A DNA stretch of 64,000 nucleotides from Bacteroidota bacterium (GCA_023426145.1 JAFABG010000006.1:48535-112534); one strand, 5' to 3'; shown: positions 53,849-63,198, numbered from the stretch's first letter. Notes: generated from the letters alone by a model not told the origin. Numbers and translations: made by a program.

Positions 53849-53928
53849 CAAAGATAGAGTGTCTTGAGGAGATAAGAAATCCCTATTTATAATGGATTTG
53901 TTACTAAAAACTCATTATAAATAGGGAT
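53849..53928 (-). promoter_or_regulatory. Flavodoxin promoter: -7 box (53849-53856) + 22 nt + box at 53879, with an inverted copy at 53911-53928
   Basis: Perfect 16-bp inverted repeat ATCCCTATTTATAATG / CATTATAAATAGGGAT. Confidence 0.7.
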
Positions 53929-53972
53929 ACTGTTGAGAGATTGCCTTTTAAAGGAGACTTTACGCTTAAATA

Positions 53973-55148
53973 TTAATGATGGAATAAACGAATTGCTGTA
54001 AATGCCATTGCAATATTATACTTGTCACAGGTGCTAATAACGTGATCGTCACGAACAGAACCGCCTGGCTGAGCTATATAACTTACTCCACTTTTATGGG
54101 CACGCTCGATGTTGTCTCCAAAAGGGAAGAAAGCATCCGATCCTAATGCAACACCAGTCATTGTGTCTAACCATGCACGTTTTTCTTCGCGTGACAGAAC
54201 TGCTGGCTTTTCAGTGAAGAATAGTGGCCATACGTCATCAGCTAGTACATCATCGTGATCATCTGAGATGTAAATATCTATTGTATTATCGCGATCTGCA
54301 CGGCGAATCTTCTCCACCCAGGGAAGATTCATCACTTTAGGATGTTGGCGAAGATACCAGATATCAGCTTTATTGCCAGCAAGGCGTGTGCAGTGGATAC
54401 GTGATTGCTGACCTGCTCCAATACCGATGGCTTGTCCGTCTTTAGCATAACATACGGAATTGGATTGTGTATATTTTAAGGTAATCAGAGCAATGATGAG
54501 GTCGCGTTTTGCTGCATCTGTTATTACTTTGTTTTTTGTTGGTAATTCGTTAAGTAACGATTCGTCTATCTTTAAATCGTTTCTCCCTTGTTCAAACGTA
54601 ATTCCAAAAATGTCTTTATGTTCAATTGGCTCTGGCTGATAGGTTGGATCTATTTGGATTACATTGTAAGTACCCTTTCTTTTGTTCTTCAGAATATCGA
54701 GGGCAGCTGTTGTGTATCCAGGAGCAATAACTCCATCAGAAACTTCGCGGTTGATGATGCGTGCAGTTTCTTCGTCACAAATATCAGAAAGTGCAATAAA
54801 GTCCCCGTAAGACGACATGCGGTCTGCACCACGTGCGCGTGCATAGGCTGTAGCCAAGGGTGAAAGTTTCACATCATCCACAAAATAGATTTTTTTTAAT
54901 GTATCGTTCATTTCTATCGCAACTGCAGCTCCAGCAGGGCTAACGTGTTTGAATGAGGCAGCTGCTGGGAGTCCAGTGGCTGCAGTCAGTTCTTTAACCA
55001 ACTGCCAGCTGTTAAATGCATCCAATAGATTAATGTAACCGGGGCGCCCATTTAAGATTTCAATGGGTAACTCCCCCTGCTTCATAAATATACGGGCTGG
55101 TTTCTGATTCGGATTGCAGCCGTATTTCAGTTCTAGTTCTTTTGCCAT
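53973..55148 (-). CDS. purH: AICAR transformylase (PurH-like, lacking the IMP cyclohydrolase domain)
   Basis: LKYGCNPNQ, SFKHVSPAG, GAGQQSRIHC, SDAFFPF and QPGGS. Confidence 0.9.
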   Translation of the reverse strand: MAKELELKYGCNPNQKPARIFMKQGELPIEILNGRPGYINLLDAFNSWQLVKELTAATGLPAAASFKHVSPAGAAVAIEMNDTLKKIYFVDDVKLSPLATAYARARGADRMSSYGDFIALSDICDEETARIINREVSDGVIAPGYTTAALDILKNKRKGTYNVIQIDPTYQPEPIEHKDIFGITFEQGRNDLKIDESLLNELPTKNKVITDAAKRDLIIALITLKYTQSNSVCYAKDGQAIGIGAGQQSRIHCTRLAGNKADIWYLRQHPKVMNLPWVEKIRRADRDNTIDIYISDDHDDVLADDVWPLFFTEKPAVLSREEKRAWLDTMTGVALGSDAFFPFGDNIERAHKSGVSYIAQPGGSVRDDHVISTCDKYNIAMAFTAIRLFHH

Positions 55149-55275
55149 ATCGTTTGATTATAATAATTGATGATGAATTGATAGCGACAAATTTACTAAA
55201 AAAAGAGTGGTTAGCCTAGCCATGAATTATAAAATAGCCTTTAATATTCTCCTTTAGCAGGTAAATTCAGTGAAA

Positions 55276-55323
55276 ATACCTATTTTGGGGGATTGTGATT
55301 TAGCAGATTTTTCTGTTTCTTTG
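55276..55323 (+). promoter_or_regulatory. 18-bp box ATACCTATTTTGGGGGAT (55276-55293) + 22 nt + -7-like TTTCTTTG
   Basis: Same geometry; lies upstream of the hemerythrin-like/LuxR pair. Confidence 0.7.
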
Positions 55324-55357
55324 CAATTTATTTTCGAATATATATAAATAAGTGTAC

Positions 55358-56062
55358 ATGGATAATTTGCAAAAATATCAGCCAACTGATAAGATGATTG
55401 ATCTTATTAGTGATAATTATTCTCTGCTGCAGGTGATGAGCCGTTTTGGATTGTCATTGGGATTTGGTGATAAAACAGTACAGGAAGTTTGTACAGATAA
55501 TAACGTGGATTATCGTACTTTCTTGGTTGTAATTAATTTTATGGATGAAGGGTTTTCTCGACTTGATGGTAGCGGTGATGATATATCAATTCCAGCGTTA
55601 ATTGATTATCTGAGACAAGCACATATTTATTTCTTAGATTTTTCTTTTCCGGCTATTCGTCGCAAACTGATTGAAGCGATTGATTGTTCTCAAGATGAAG
55701 TTGCTTTTCTGATGCTTAAATTCTTTGATGAATATACGCGTGAAGTTCGTAAACATATGGATTATGAAGAGCGAACGGTTTTTAAATATGTTGATGATTT
55801 GCTTAACGGATGTGCTCCAAAGAATTATCAAATTAGTACATTCTCAAAACATCATGATCAGGTTGGAGAGAAGTTGACTGAATTGAAAAATATCATTATT
55901 AAATATTGCCCTGTAAGTGTTAATGAGAACCTGTTGAATGCAGCTCTTTTTGATATTTATGATTGTGAAGCTGGTCTTGAATCTCATTGCAAGGTAGAAG
56001 ACTATATTTTCGTGCCTGCCATTCTCAAGTTAGAAAGGGGGATGAGAGAATATGAAAAATAA
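55358..56062 (+). CDS. Hemerythrin/RIC-like (ScdA_N + HHE) protein
   Basis: FGLSLGFGDKTVQEVC N-domain and ligand-like H/E motifs AHIYF, KHMDYEE, KHHDQ and SHCKVED. Confidence 0.8.
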   Translation: MDNLQKYQPTDKMIDLISDNYSLLQVMSRFGLSLGFGDKTVQEVCTDNNVDYRTFLVVINFMDEGFSRLDGSGDDISIPALIDYLRQAHIYFLDFSFPAIRRKLIEAIDCSQDEVAFLMLKFFDEYTREVRKHMDYEERTVFKYVDDLLNGCAPKNYQISTFSKHHDQVGEKLTELKNIIIKYCPVSVNENLLNAALFDIYDCEAGLESHCKVEDYIFVPAILKLERGMREYEK

Positions 56063-56663
56063 TGAGGTTATTCGAGTTGCGATTGCTGAAACTTCTGTAA
56101 TTGTTCGTAGCGGTCTTACCACGACTTTAAAGCGTCTTGCTAACATTAAGATACAGCCTATAGAGATTCTCTCTGTTGAGGCTTTGGCTGACTGTTTGCG
56201 TACTCAGTATCCAGAAATGTTAATTGTTAATCCTACATTCGGTGGCTATTTTGATGTTAGTAAGTTTCAGGAAGAAGTTTCGGGGAAAAAAATTCGTTTG
56301 ATTGCTTTAGTAACTTCTTTTGTTGATGCTTCTTTGTTGGCCAAATACGATGAGTCTATTTCTATTTTTGATGATTTGGATGTTGTTTCAAAAAAAATAA
56401 ATAGTCTGACTAAAGCTGATGTTCGTGAAGAAGATAATGTTGATCAGGAGGTGCTTAGTCAGCGTGAGAAAGAAATTGTCGTATGTGTGGTAAAAGGTAT
56501 GACTAACAAGGAAATAGCGGAAAATTTATTTTTGTCTATCCATACCGTTATTACTCATCGGAGAAATATCAGTAAGAAATTGCAAATTCATAGTGCTGCT
56601 GGATTGACTATTTATGCAATTGTGAATAAATTGGTAACATTGAACGATGTTAAGGGCTTGTAA
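56052..56663 (+). CDS. LuxR/NarL-family regulator with atypical receiver domain
   Basis: LSQREKEIV...GMTNKEIAENLFLSIHTVITHRRNI HTH. The receiver-like N-terminus lacks the canonical acidic residues. Overlaps the upstream gene. Confidence 0.92.
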   Translation: MKNNEVIRVAIAETSVIVRSGLTTTLKRLANIKIQPIEILSVEALADCLRTQYPEMLIVNPTFGGYFDVSKFQEEVSGKKIRLIALVTSFVDASLLAKYDESISIFDDLDVVSKKINSLTKADVREEDNVDQEVLSQREKEIVVCVVKGMTNKEIAENLFLSIHTVITHRRNISKKLQIHSAAGLTIYAIVNKLVTLNDVKGL

Positions 56664-56729
56664 TTGCCAATAAATGTTATAAAACTTAAAACCGTTTGCG
56701 CACACGGAAAGTTTTCGTACCTTTGCAGA

Positions 56730-56977
56730 GCAATTGAGAAATTGTATTTAAGTTTAAAAGGTAAAAGAAAAAATTATTAAGGTATTAGATTAATTTATTT
56801 TTTAGTGTTCATTAGGATGTTTTTTTAAAGGTAAAAGATAAAAGGATAACAATAGGTAAGTAGTTTAAAGGTAAATTTTTAGGTAGTTTTTAGGTAATAA
56901 TGAATTTAGGGAAAAGCCAGAGTGGCTTTTCTGATGTAGTGGCGAGTGATTCAGTAGATGAATTATCTCGTTTTTTT
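56730..56977 (+). ncRNA. Candidate AGGUA-repeat small RNA (~245 nt)
   Basis: Promoter TTTG(56695)-N19-TACCTTTG(56718), seven AGGTA copies, hairpin 56911-56931, terminator 56943-56977, and no ORF. Confidence 0.65.
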
Positions 56978-57028
56978 ATGTTTAATAGATGTTACTTGAT
57001 ATTGATCTTGTGAATTCTTAAGGATGAT

Positions 57029-57129
57029 AAATAAAAATCCCGGCGAACTCACTTCGACGGGACCTTTTGTTTCATTTTACTTAAATGTGGCTACGTAATA
57101 AAATTATGACTAATTAATTTAATTCTGAT
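57029..57129 (-). ncRNA. Candidate small RNA B (~100 nt), paralogue of 44986-45195
   Basis: -7 box TATCTTTG (57134-57141); terminator TCCCGTCGAA-GTGAG-TTCGCCGGGA followed by TTTTTATTT. Confidence 0.72.
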
Positions 57130-57133
57130 ACTG

Positions 57134-57181
57134 CAAAGATAGCAGATTTACTCCTCTGTCACAATCCCCTTTATAAGGTAT
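57134..57181 (-). promoter_or_regulatory. -7 box + 22 nt + 18-bp box ATCCCCTTTATAAGGTAT (57164-57181)
   Basis: Same geometry as the other boxed promoters. Confidence 0.75.
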
Positions 57182-57225
57182 ATTACATGTCTTTATTCAC
57201 TATTAATCATTAGTGTGACGTTTTA

Positions 57226-57843
57226 TTAGACTTTCTTCCACTCTTTTATAGAGAAATCATAGACTTTGATAACTTTTGCTGGGCATCCAGCACAGATTGA
57301 ATAGGCTGGAATCGAATGGTTGACAACACTTCCAGCGGCTACTATACAATGCGTGCCTAAAGTAACTCCAGGTAATATGACTGAATTAGCTCCAATCCAT
57401 ACATCGTCTTCAATCCGAACGGGTTTGGTGCTTACACCTTGTTCATCGATTCTTTTTTCTATATTTTGGTAGTTATGGTTTAGTCCAGTAACTGTTACTT
57501 GCTGGGCTAGGTTAACATGATTACCTATGGAGACTGGACCAATAATTGTGTTTCCTAATCCTATTCGAGTATAATCTCCGATATATAAATCTCCTACGGC
57601 ATTGTTTATACATGAGAAATCTTCAATGACAGAATAACATCCTAATGAAAAACGGTTAAAAGGCGGGAGATCTTTACGAACGCTACGATAGATAACAGAT
57701 CCTTTGCCACGTTTGAGATAAGTAAAGTAAAAAGCACGTATCCACCAGTTGGGGCGCGTTTTTACAGGATGCATGATAAATCTATGTATCACTTTTTTCA
57801 ACGTGGGGTTTTCCTTGATTCGTTGTTTTAGTGTCTTTTCCAT
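57226..57843 (-). CDS. Hexapeptide-repeat O-acyltransferase
   Basis: [20 protein letters not shown]...AGCPAK. Confidence 0.9.
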   Translation of the reverse strand: MEKTLKQRIKENPTLKKVIHRFIMHPVKTRPNWWIRAFYFTYLKRGKGSVIYRSVRKDLPPFNRFSLGCYSVIEDFSCINNAVGDLYIGDYTRIGLGNTIIGPVSIGNHVNLAQQVTVTGLNHNYQNIEKRIDEQGVSTKPVRIEDDVWIGANSVILPGVTLGTHCIVAAGSVVNHSIPAYSICAGCPAKVIKVYDFSIKEWKKV

Positions 57844-58745
57844 ATTGAGGGATATTTTAGTTTCTTTTTCTTCTCTACCATGTAGTCGGGAATGGCCAGA
57901 CTATAAGTGATAGCAAATCCCAAAAGTATTATCCACCAATAGAGAGACGATTGCCAATCATAGCTTGTCATAAATAGCGTCCAAGCACCTAATGAGATCA
58001 TTATTAAGATGGGAGTGGGTATAAGCAACTGAAAAATTCGGTTGCAGAAGCTCCAATTACCATCAAAAAGTGAAGGAAGCAGATAAGATAATGATTTCCC
58101 GATTCGTTTCCGATACGGGTAGGCGGGAGCCGAATCACAATAAACAATCACACTTGGTAGATATTCAATATAACAGTTCTGTAGTAATAGTTTGCGCTCA
58201 AGATTGGTTCTTGACGTACGCAAATTTTGCTGTATCCATTTCACACTCAGCACAATGTTGATTCCGAAAAAGTTTGAAGAAAGTCCGATTTGAGTATTTC
58301 CAGCCCTAAATAGGCTGTTGTTTATTTCTGATGATATGGCCTGTAATCTCTTCCTAAATCCTTTGCGATCGTTTATTACTGTATGCAGTTGCATGGCTTG
58401 GATGTCCGTATGATAGACATGACTAATCATATCTAAGAAATCAGGTGATAATTCACAAGCTTCTTTTGAGAGTATTACTACTAATTCAAAGCGTTGATTA
58501 TCTAATGACTGAATTGTTTCTGCTAAATTAGAATAACTGATAAACTGGAAAGTGCCTTGTTTGTATTTAGAAGGTAGAGTGTTGCTTTCAGGAATAAGAA
58601 TTGCGCACGAATATTGTTTTTTTATTATTGGATATTCTATATGTTTCAAGTGCGAAGCTATTGCCAATATAAATAAATATAAGAGCAAAAGGCTTGCACA
58701 AAAAAACAAGAAATCATCTACTATGTAAATAAAGTTATCTATCAT
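57828..58745 (-). CDS. Degenerate GT2-like membrane protein
   Basis: GT2-like layout (N-terminal TM, AILIP, C-terminal TMs) with no recognisable DxD motif. Confidence 0.55.
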   Translation of the reverse strand: MIDNFIYIVDDFLFFCASLLLLYLFILAIASHLKHIEYPIIKKQYSCAILIPESNTLPSKYKQGTFQFISYSNLAETIQSLDNQRFELVVILSKEACELSPDFLDMISHVYHTDIQAMQLHTVINDRKGFRKRLQAISSEINNSLFRAGNTQIGLSSNFFGINIVLSVKWIQQNLRTSRTNLERKLLLQNCYIEYLPSVIVYCDSAPAYPYRKRIGKSLSYLLPSLFDGNWSFCNRIFQLLIPTPILIMISLGAWTLFMTSYDWQSSLYWWIILLGFAITYSLAIPDYMVEKKKKLKYPSIWKRH

Positions 58746-58757
58746 GTAGAAGCAGAA

Positions 58758-59909
58758 TTATACGTTTTCTTTCTGTACGAATGCAGTTACTGTTTTCAAT
58801 ATGATTTTTATATCTAGCCAAAATGAGAATGTTTTAGCATATCGAATGTCCAGAAGTTTTCGTTCGTCAGCTGATAATTTACCAGCTTCTCCTCTTTTCT
58901 CGACTTGCCAAAGTCCTGTAAGTCCTGCTGGTCCCATAAAACGATCAATATGGTCGTCGCTAGTTAGTAATTCTGCCTCATAGAGTGGCAGAGGGCGATT
59001 ACCTACAATTGACATATCACCTTTTATGATGTTGATGAGTTGCGGCAACTCATCAATGCTGTATTTGCGAATAAAACGTCCAACTTTAGTTATTCTCGGG
59101 TCGTTTTCCAATTTAACAAAAGCATTGCTTTGCTCTTTTGACTTTTGATGGATATAGTCATCTTCAGAAATTACAAAGTCATCTGAGATTAAAAGGATTT
59201 CTTCTTCTTCCGTATCGTCCGAAATTAGAGGGGTTTCTCCCCAGATGTCTTCTTCTTCCTGTTTGTATTGGTTAAGTGTATTGAAATCTTTTAGGTGTTT
59301 ATCAGCATTGGTGTACATGGAGCGAAACTTTAAGAAATCAAAAATAAGATAGTTACTCCCTACACGCTTTGATTTGTAGATAATAGGGCCCTTGCTTTCA
59401 AGCCTTATGGCTATAGCAGTAGCAATAAGAAGAGGAGATAAAATAAGTGTAGCAATTGAAGAGAATAAGATGTCGAAGGTTCTTTTCCATAAAGGAAGGT
59501 GAAAGGTTTTCAAGCTTTGTACTTTGAGTTGAAGCGCTTCAAATTTTTGCTGTTTTCTTAAAGTCAAAAAAGTTGATATGTCAATTATAGCTTGGGGATT
59601 AGGCTCAAATTTTATTGTGTTATTCACTCCAGCTTTAAGATATTGTGTTGCTTCTTGCTGAGTAATAGTATCCATGACGAGTACCATGTATAGCCCTGGA
59701 TACTTTTTACGCATGGACTCGATTTCTGCAAGATCTCTTGCTAATTCTACTTGCTCAAAAAATAGAGCTACATCATATTTTTCTCGTATTTTATCGAGTA
59801 CATTAGATGCTTTGATACAATCTGATACCAAATAAAAGACTCCTGTTGCAGACTTTGAAAACAATTCAATAGTTTTATTATGTCTGCCGATGTAAACAAA
59901 GTATTGCAT
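58758..59909 (-). CDS. Bacterial sugar transferase (priming phosphoglycosyl transferase) with N-terminal receiver-like domain
   Basis: KRTFDI, KFRSM, DPRIT..GRFIRK.SIDELPQL, MSIVGNRP and GLTGLWQV. Confidence 0.9.
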   Translation of the reverse strand: MQYFVYIGRHNKTIELFSKSATGVFYLVSDCIKASNVLDKIREKYDVALFFEQVELARDLAEIESMRKKYPGLYMVLVMDTITQQEATQYLKAGVNNTIKFEPNPQAIIDISTFLTLRKQQKFEALQLKVQSLKTFHLPLWKRTFDILFSSIATLILSPLLIATAIAIRLESKGPIIYKSKRVGSNYLIFDFLKFRSMYTNADKHLKDFNTLNQYKQEEEDIWGETPLISDDTEEEEILLISDDFVISEDDYIHQKSKEQSNAFVKLENDPRITKVGRFIRKYSIDELPQLINIIKGDMSIVGNRPLPLYEAELLTSDDHIDRFMGPAGLTGLWQVEKRGEAGKLSADERKLLDIRYAKTFSFWLDIKIILKTVTAFVQKENV

Positions 59910-59920
59910 TAAAGGCTGTG

Positions 59921-60286
59921 TTAGTCGATAATCTTTTTAATTCGGATTTTAAGCTCCAATGGATTAAATGGCTTAAGAATGTAATCTTCTGCTCCTTCTT
60001 CTAAAAGTTTTATTCTTTCAGTGGTACTTTCTTCACTAGATAGCATGACAATGGGAATAGCTTTGAATAGTTCATTTGACTTCATGTATCTAAGGAATTC
60101 ATCACCTCTCATCATTGGCATACGAATATCAGAGATAATTAGGTCAGGTACATTTCCTTCATTAAGCCAATCAATAGCTTTTAGTGGGTTCTCTAGATAG
60201 ATAAAGTCATAATCATTACCTAAATATATACTTGCCACTTTCCCAATAGTTGCTTTATCATCAACTAATAATATCTTTTTTTTCAT
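59921..60286 (-). CDS. Stand-alone response regulator receiver
   Basis: LLVDD, DLIISDIRMP and DYILKPF. Confidence 0.92.
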   Translation of the reverse strand: MKKKILLVDDKATIGKVASIYLGNDYDFIYLENPLKAIDWLNEGNVPDLIISDIRMPMMRGDEFLRYMKSNELFKAIPIVMLSSEESTTERIKLLEEGAEDYILKPFNPLELKIRIKKIID

Positions 60287-60505
60287 GCTAATTAAACTTT
60301 TCTATAGCTCGTTTTGCTACTTGATTTATATATTTATTTAAATCTCTTGCAATTCTTTCACTAACCGCAAATATATGTATTTTTTTGAATAAATTCTTTA
60401 TAGGCTGAAGTAAAATTTAGAAAGCTCTGAATTTTGTGGTATAAAGAGGGATCTTAATTCACTTTCTTTGCTAGTGATAGTGTTTATACTTATAAATTAA
60501 AAGTA

Positions 60506-60536
60506 AGGCCATTCCTTTTATATTTAGGAATGGCCT
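60506..60536 (-). terminator. Terminator after the LruC-domain gene
   Basis: AGGCCATTCCT...AGGAATGGCCT. Confidence 0.7.
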
Positions 60537-60554
60537 GAACCTATTGAGTTTATT

Positions 60555-62981
60555 TTAATTTTTGTTAGTCTGGAATACTTTATTTACATCAAAATCATTC
60601 CACCAATGCTGATTCTCTTTACCACCGCTAGTAACCCAATCAAAGAATTGCGAATATGCATTTTTGATATTCACGTATTCAAGCGGCCATTTAAATTGTG
60701 TTGGCACGATAATACCCCACGCAAGATTCTCTTTGCTGATGTAGTAGTTTCTAGCTGCGACAGAGCTAGCATCATTATTTCCTCCGAATAAATCTGTATT
60801 TGCTAGTTTTGTTGGTTGGTATCCTGCTACGTGAATTTCTTTACGTTTGTTATTGTTGCCATCTACAATAATGAACAGGTTCAGTTTGTTAATATTGAAA
60901 GCTTCGGGAGATAAACTTGGGTTATTGAATTTGATTGTAAAGGTGATGTTCTTCACATCTTTATGGATAGCTTGTGAACTTCCGTTAATAGTGTTGATTT
61001 GTTCATAGCTATTCCCTCCGAGCATTTTGTGAGCTTCATCAAATAGAGGAATAACAGCATAATCCTGACCGGCTTCAATGTTGAAATTATTGATTTGGAA
61101 AGTTTCATGATTAGTGTTACTTCCATATTCTACAGCTTGAGTAATAGAGCTAGCTGGAACTCCATCTAACATTATTGCTGCGCCAATTGCTTTTGTTGCA
61201 CCTACAGCGTTTAGATCAATGCTCAACTGGAACTCTTGTACTTTATTTTCATTATTTATTTGAAGGTGTTTATGTCTGATAGTCATGACAATATCATTCA
61301 TATCATAATCTCCATAAAGAGGCCACATATCCTCAAATAAGTAAGTGTAATTATGGTTATCATCCATAACTATTGGGAAATTCGGATTAGTAGGTGGGGT
61401 AGGAGTTCCTCCATTGTATCCGTTGTTACACTCTGATTGTGGTATTGAAACGGTATTCTTTCCTTCTTCAGCCCATTCAGCGCCACCAGTCATTGTCCAG
61501 CAGATATTCCAGTTATCTATCTTTTCAGTAGGATGATCAGAACAAATAACTTGGAGAGTACCTGAGTAGTGGATAAGGTTTGCTTTTAAAGTTTCTGCAA
61601 CAGCTTTTTTAATGACAACAAGTGCTTTTTCAGTTCCAGTCCCTTTAAATCCTTTGCTTGGATCCTGATATCCGTATGTAGCTAATTCTGTAACTTCGAA
61701 TAAGCTTTTACTTCCTAGTTCCACAGTTGAATTGTTCATGTATAAGTCTTTGCATTGAACATACGCATCGCCATCATTAATGAGAGTTGCTTCTCCCATT
61801 GTTAACTTATTCTTCACAATAAGCTTGCATCGATTTAGGGCATGTGAATTCCAAGCTGACATAGACATTTCACCAGTAACCCATTCACCCGTATTTTCCC
61901 AAGATGCCTCTGTACTATTAACAATAGTTTCACCTTTTACTTCAACGCTTTTTTGATTGATGAAGTGACTATTACCCTCAAGTGATATTGTATTAGCGGT
62001 AATTGCACCGTCATTTATAATCGTAGATTCGCTATTAGTACCATTTAGTGTTCCCGTAATATTGATCACAGCTTCAACTCCATTGTACACAAACGATTGG
62101 TTAGTATAGGACAAATCAGATGCATTAATTGTGCCAAGGTTGTATACTTTATAATTACTATCGATCTGAAATTTATCCTTAATTATAAGCGATGCACCTT
62201 TTCCAATTGAAATCATACAACCGCTTTGTCCATTATTGGTGGATTTGGGCATTGTCACTTTTTTTCCCGGAAGTATATATAAAGATGAGTTTTGTGCTAA
62301 ATATATCTGTTCGTCTAGTGTGATATCTTCAGTTATGTATAGCTTTACATTTTGTTGCCATAAATTGATTTTTGTAGTTGAGGAAGTGACTTTATAACTT
62401 GTATTGTCACTTGCATTTTGACTACCTCTGAATTCAGCAATTCCTTCAGGAGCGACTATAGGAAATATAGAAGTATCATCAGTATTTGGAATGTTAGCAG
62501 CAGCACGAGTCATTGGAGAGGCACTACGTACTGATGGTGTTGATGTTTTGAAGCTACAATTAGCAGTTCCATTTGTAACTTCAGCACTTCTAATTGTAGT
62601 AAGACCTGTTGGAGCTATTTCCTTTACAAAAATAGTTTTAATAGTATTATCTATAGAAATCTCTGAAACTAATGGTTGATTTCCTGTTGTAACACCTCCA
62701 CCAAGGAGCCTTGCACTAGAAGAAATAATAGGATTGGTATCATACAATTCTACTGTATAATAATAATTATTGTTCGCAGATGCATTCACTTCTACAGTTG
62801 TTTTTATTGTAGAGGTGGTTGCCCAACTAAAGTCATCGGGAGCGGCAAGACCATCTCCCATAGGATTAGCTGTTTTATAAGAAGAGTCATATAGATTCTT
62901 CTCTGAATCTACACAGCTAAATAATAGGCTTACTATTGCTGTTGCAATGATAGGTGTAAGCAGAATTGTTTTTTTCATCAT
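60555..62981 (-). CDS. LruC/DUF4842-domain lipoprotein
   Basis: Lipobox LFSC, FEDMWP..GDYDMND and WPLEYVNIKNAY..F..W. Confidence 0.85.
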   Translation of the reverse strand: MMKKTILLTPIIATAIVSLLFSCVDSEKNLYDSSYKTANPMGDGLAAPDDFSWATTSTIKTTVEVNASANNNYYYTVELYDTNPIISSSARLLGGGVTTGNQPLVSEISIDNTIKTIFVKEIAPTGLTTIRSAEVTNGTANCSFKTSTPSVRSASPMTRAAANIPNTDDTSIFPIVAPEGIAEFRGSQNASDNTSYKVTSSTTKINLWQQNVKLYITEDITLDEQIYLAQNSSLYILPGKKVTMPKSTNNGQSGCMISIGKGASLIIKDKFQIDSNYKVYNLGTINASDLSYTNQSFVYNGVEAVINITGTLNGTNSESTIINDGAITANTISLEGNSHFINQKSVEVKGETIVNSTEASWENTGEWVTGEMSMSAWNSHALNRCKLIVKNKLTMGEATLINDGDAYVQCKDLYMNNSTVELGSKSLFEVTELATYGYQDPSKGFKGTGTEKALVVIKKAVAETLKANLIHYSGTLQVICSDHPTEKIDNWNICWTMTGGAEWAEEGKNTVSIPQSECNNGYNGGTPTPPTNPNFPIVMDDNHNYTYLFEDMWPLYGDYDMNDIVMTIRHKHLQINNENKVQEFQLSIDLNAVGATKAIGAAIMLDGVPASSITQAVEYGSNTNHETFQINNFNIEAGQDYAVIPLFDEAHKMLGGNSYEQINTINGSSQAIHKDVKNITFTIKFNNPSLSPEAFNINKLNLFIIVDGNNNKRKEIHVAGYQPTKLANTDLFGGNNDASSVAARNYYISKENLAWGIIVPTQFKWPLEYVNIKNAYSQFFDWVTSGGKENQHWWNDFDVNKVFQTNKN

Positions 62982-63198
62982 AATGTCTATTGTTTAATAA
63001 CCCATTTTTTATTTGTTTGCAAATATAGTTGTATATTTTGAATTAAAGATGTATTTGTTGATCTTTCTTGCTCAAGAAACAAATAATACTTCGTTTTAGT
63101 TCATTTATTCTCTGAAATTAACATGAAATTTCATTTATGTGTCTATTCTGTACGCCTTATCAAATAAAAATCAGGGGATTACTATGATGATTACCTTT

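Noticed and set aside
56755..56900. AGGTA repeats as a CRISPR array or tandem repeat
   Set aside because: Repeats are only 5-10 nt with irregular 6-45 nt spacing, and there are no cas genes.
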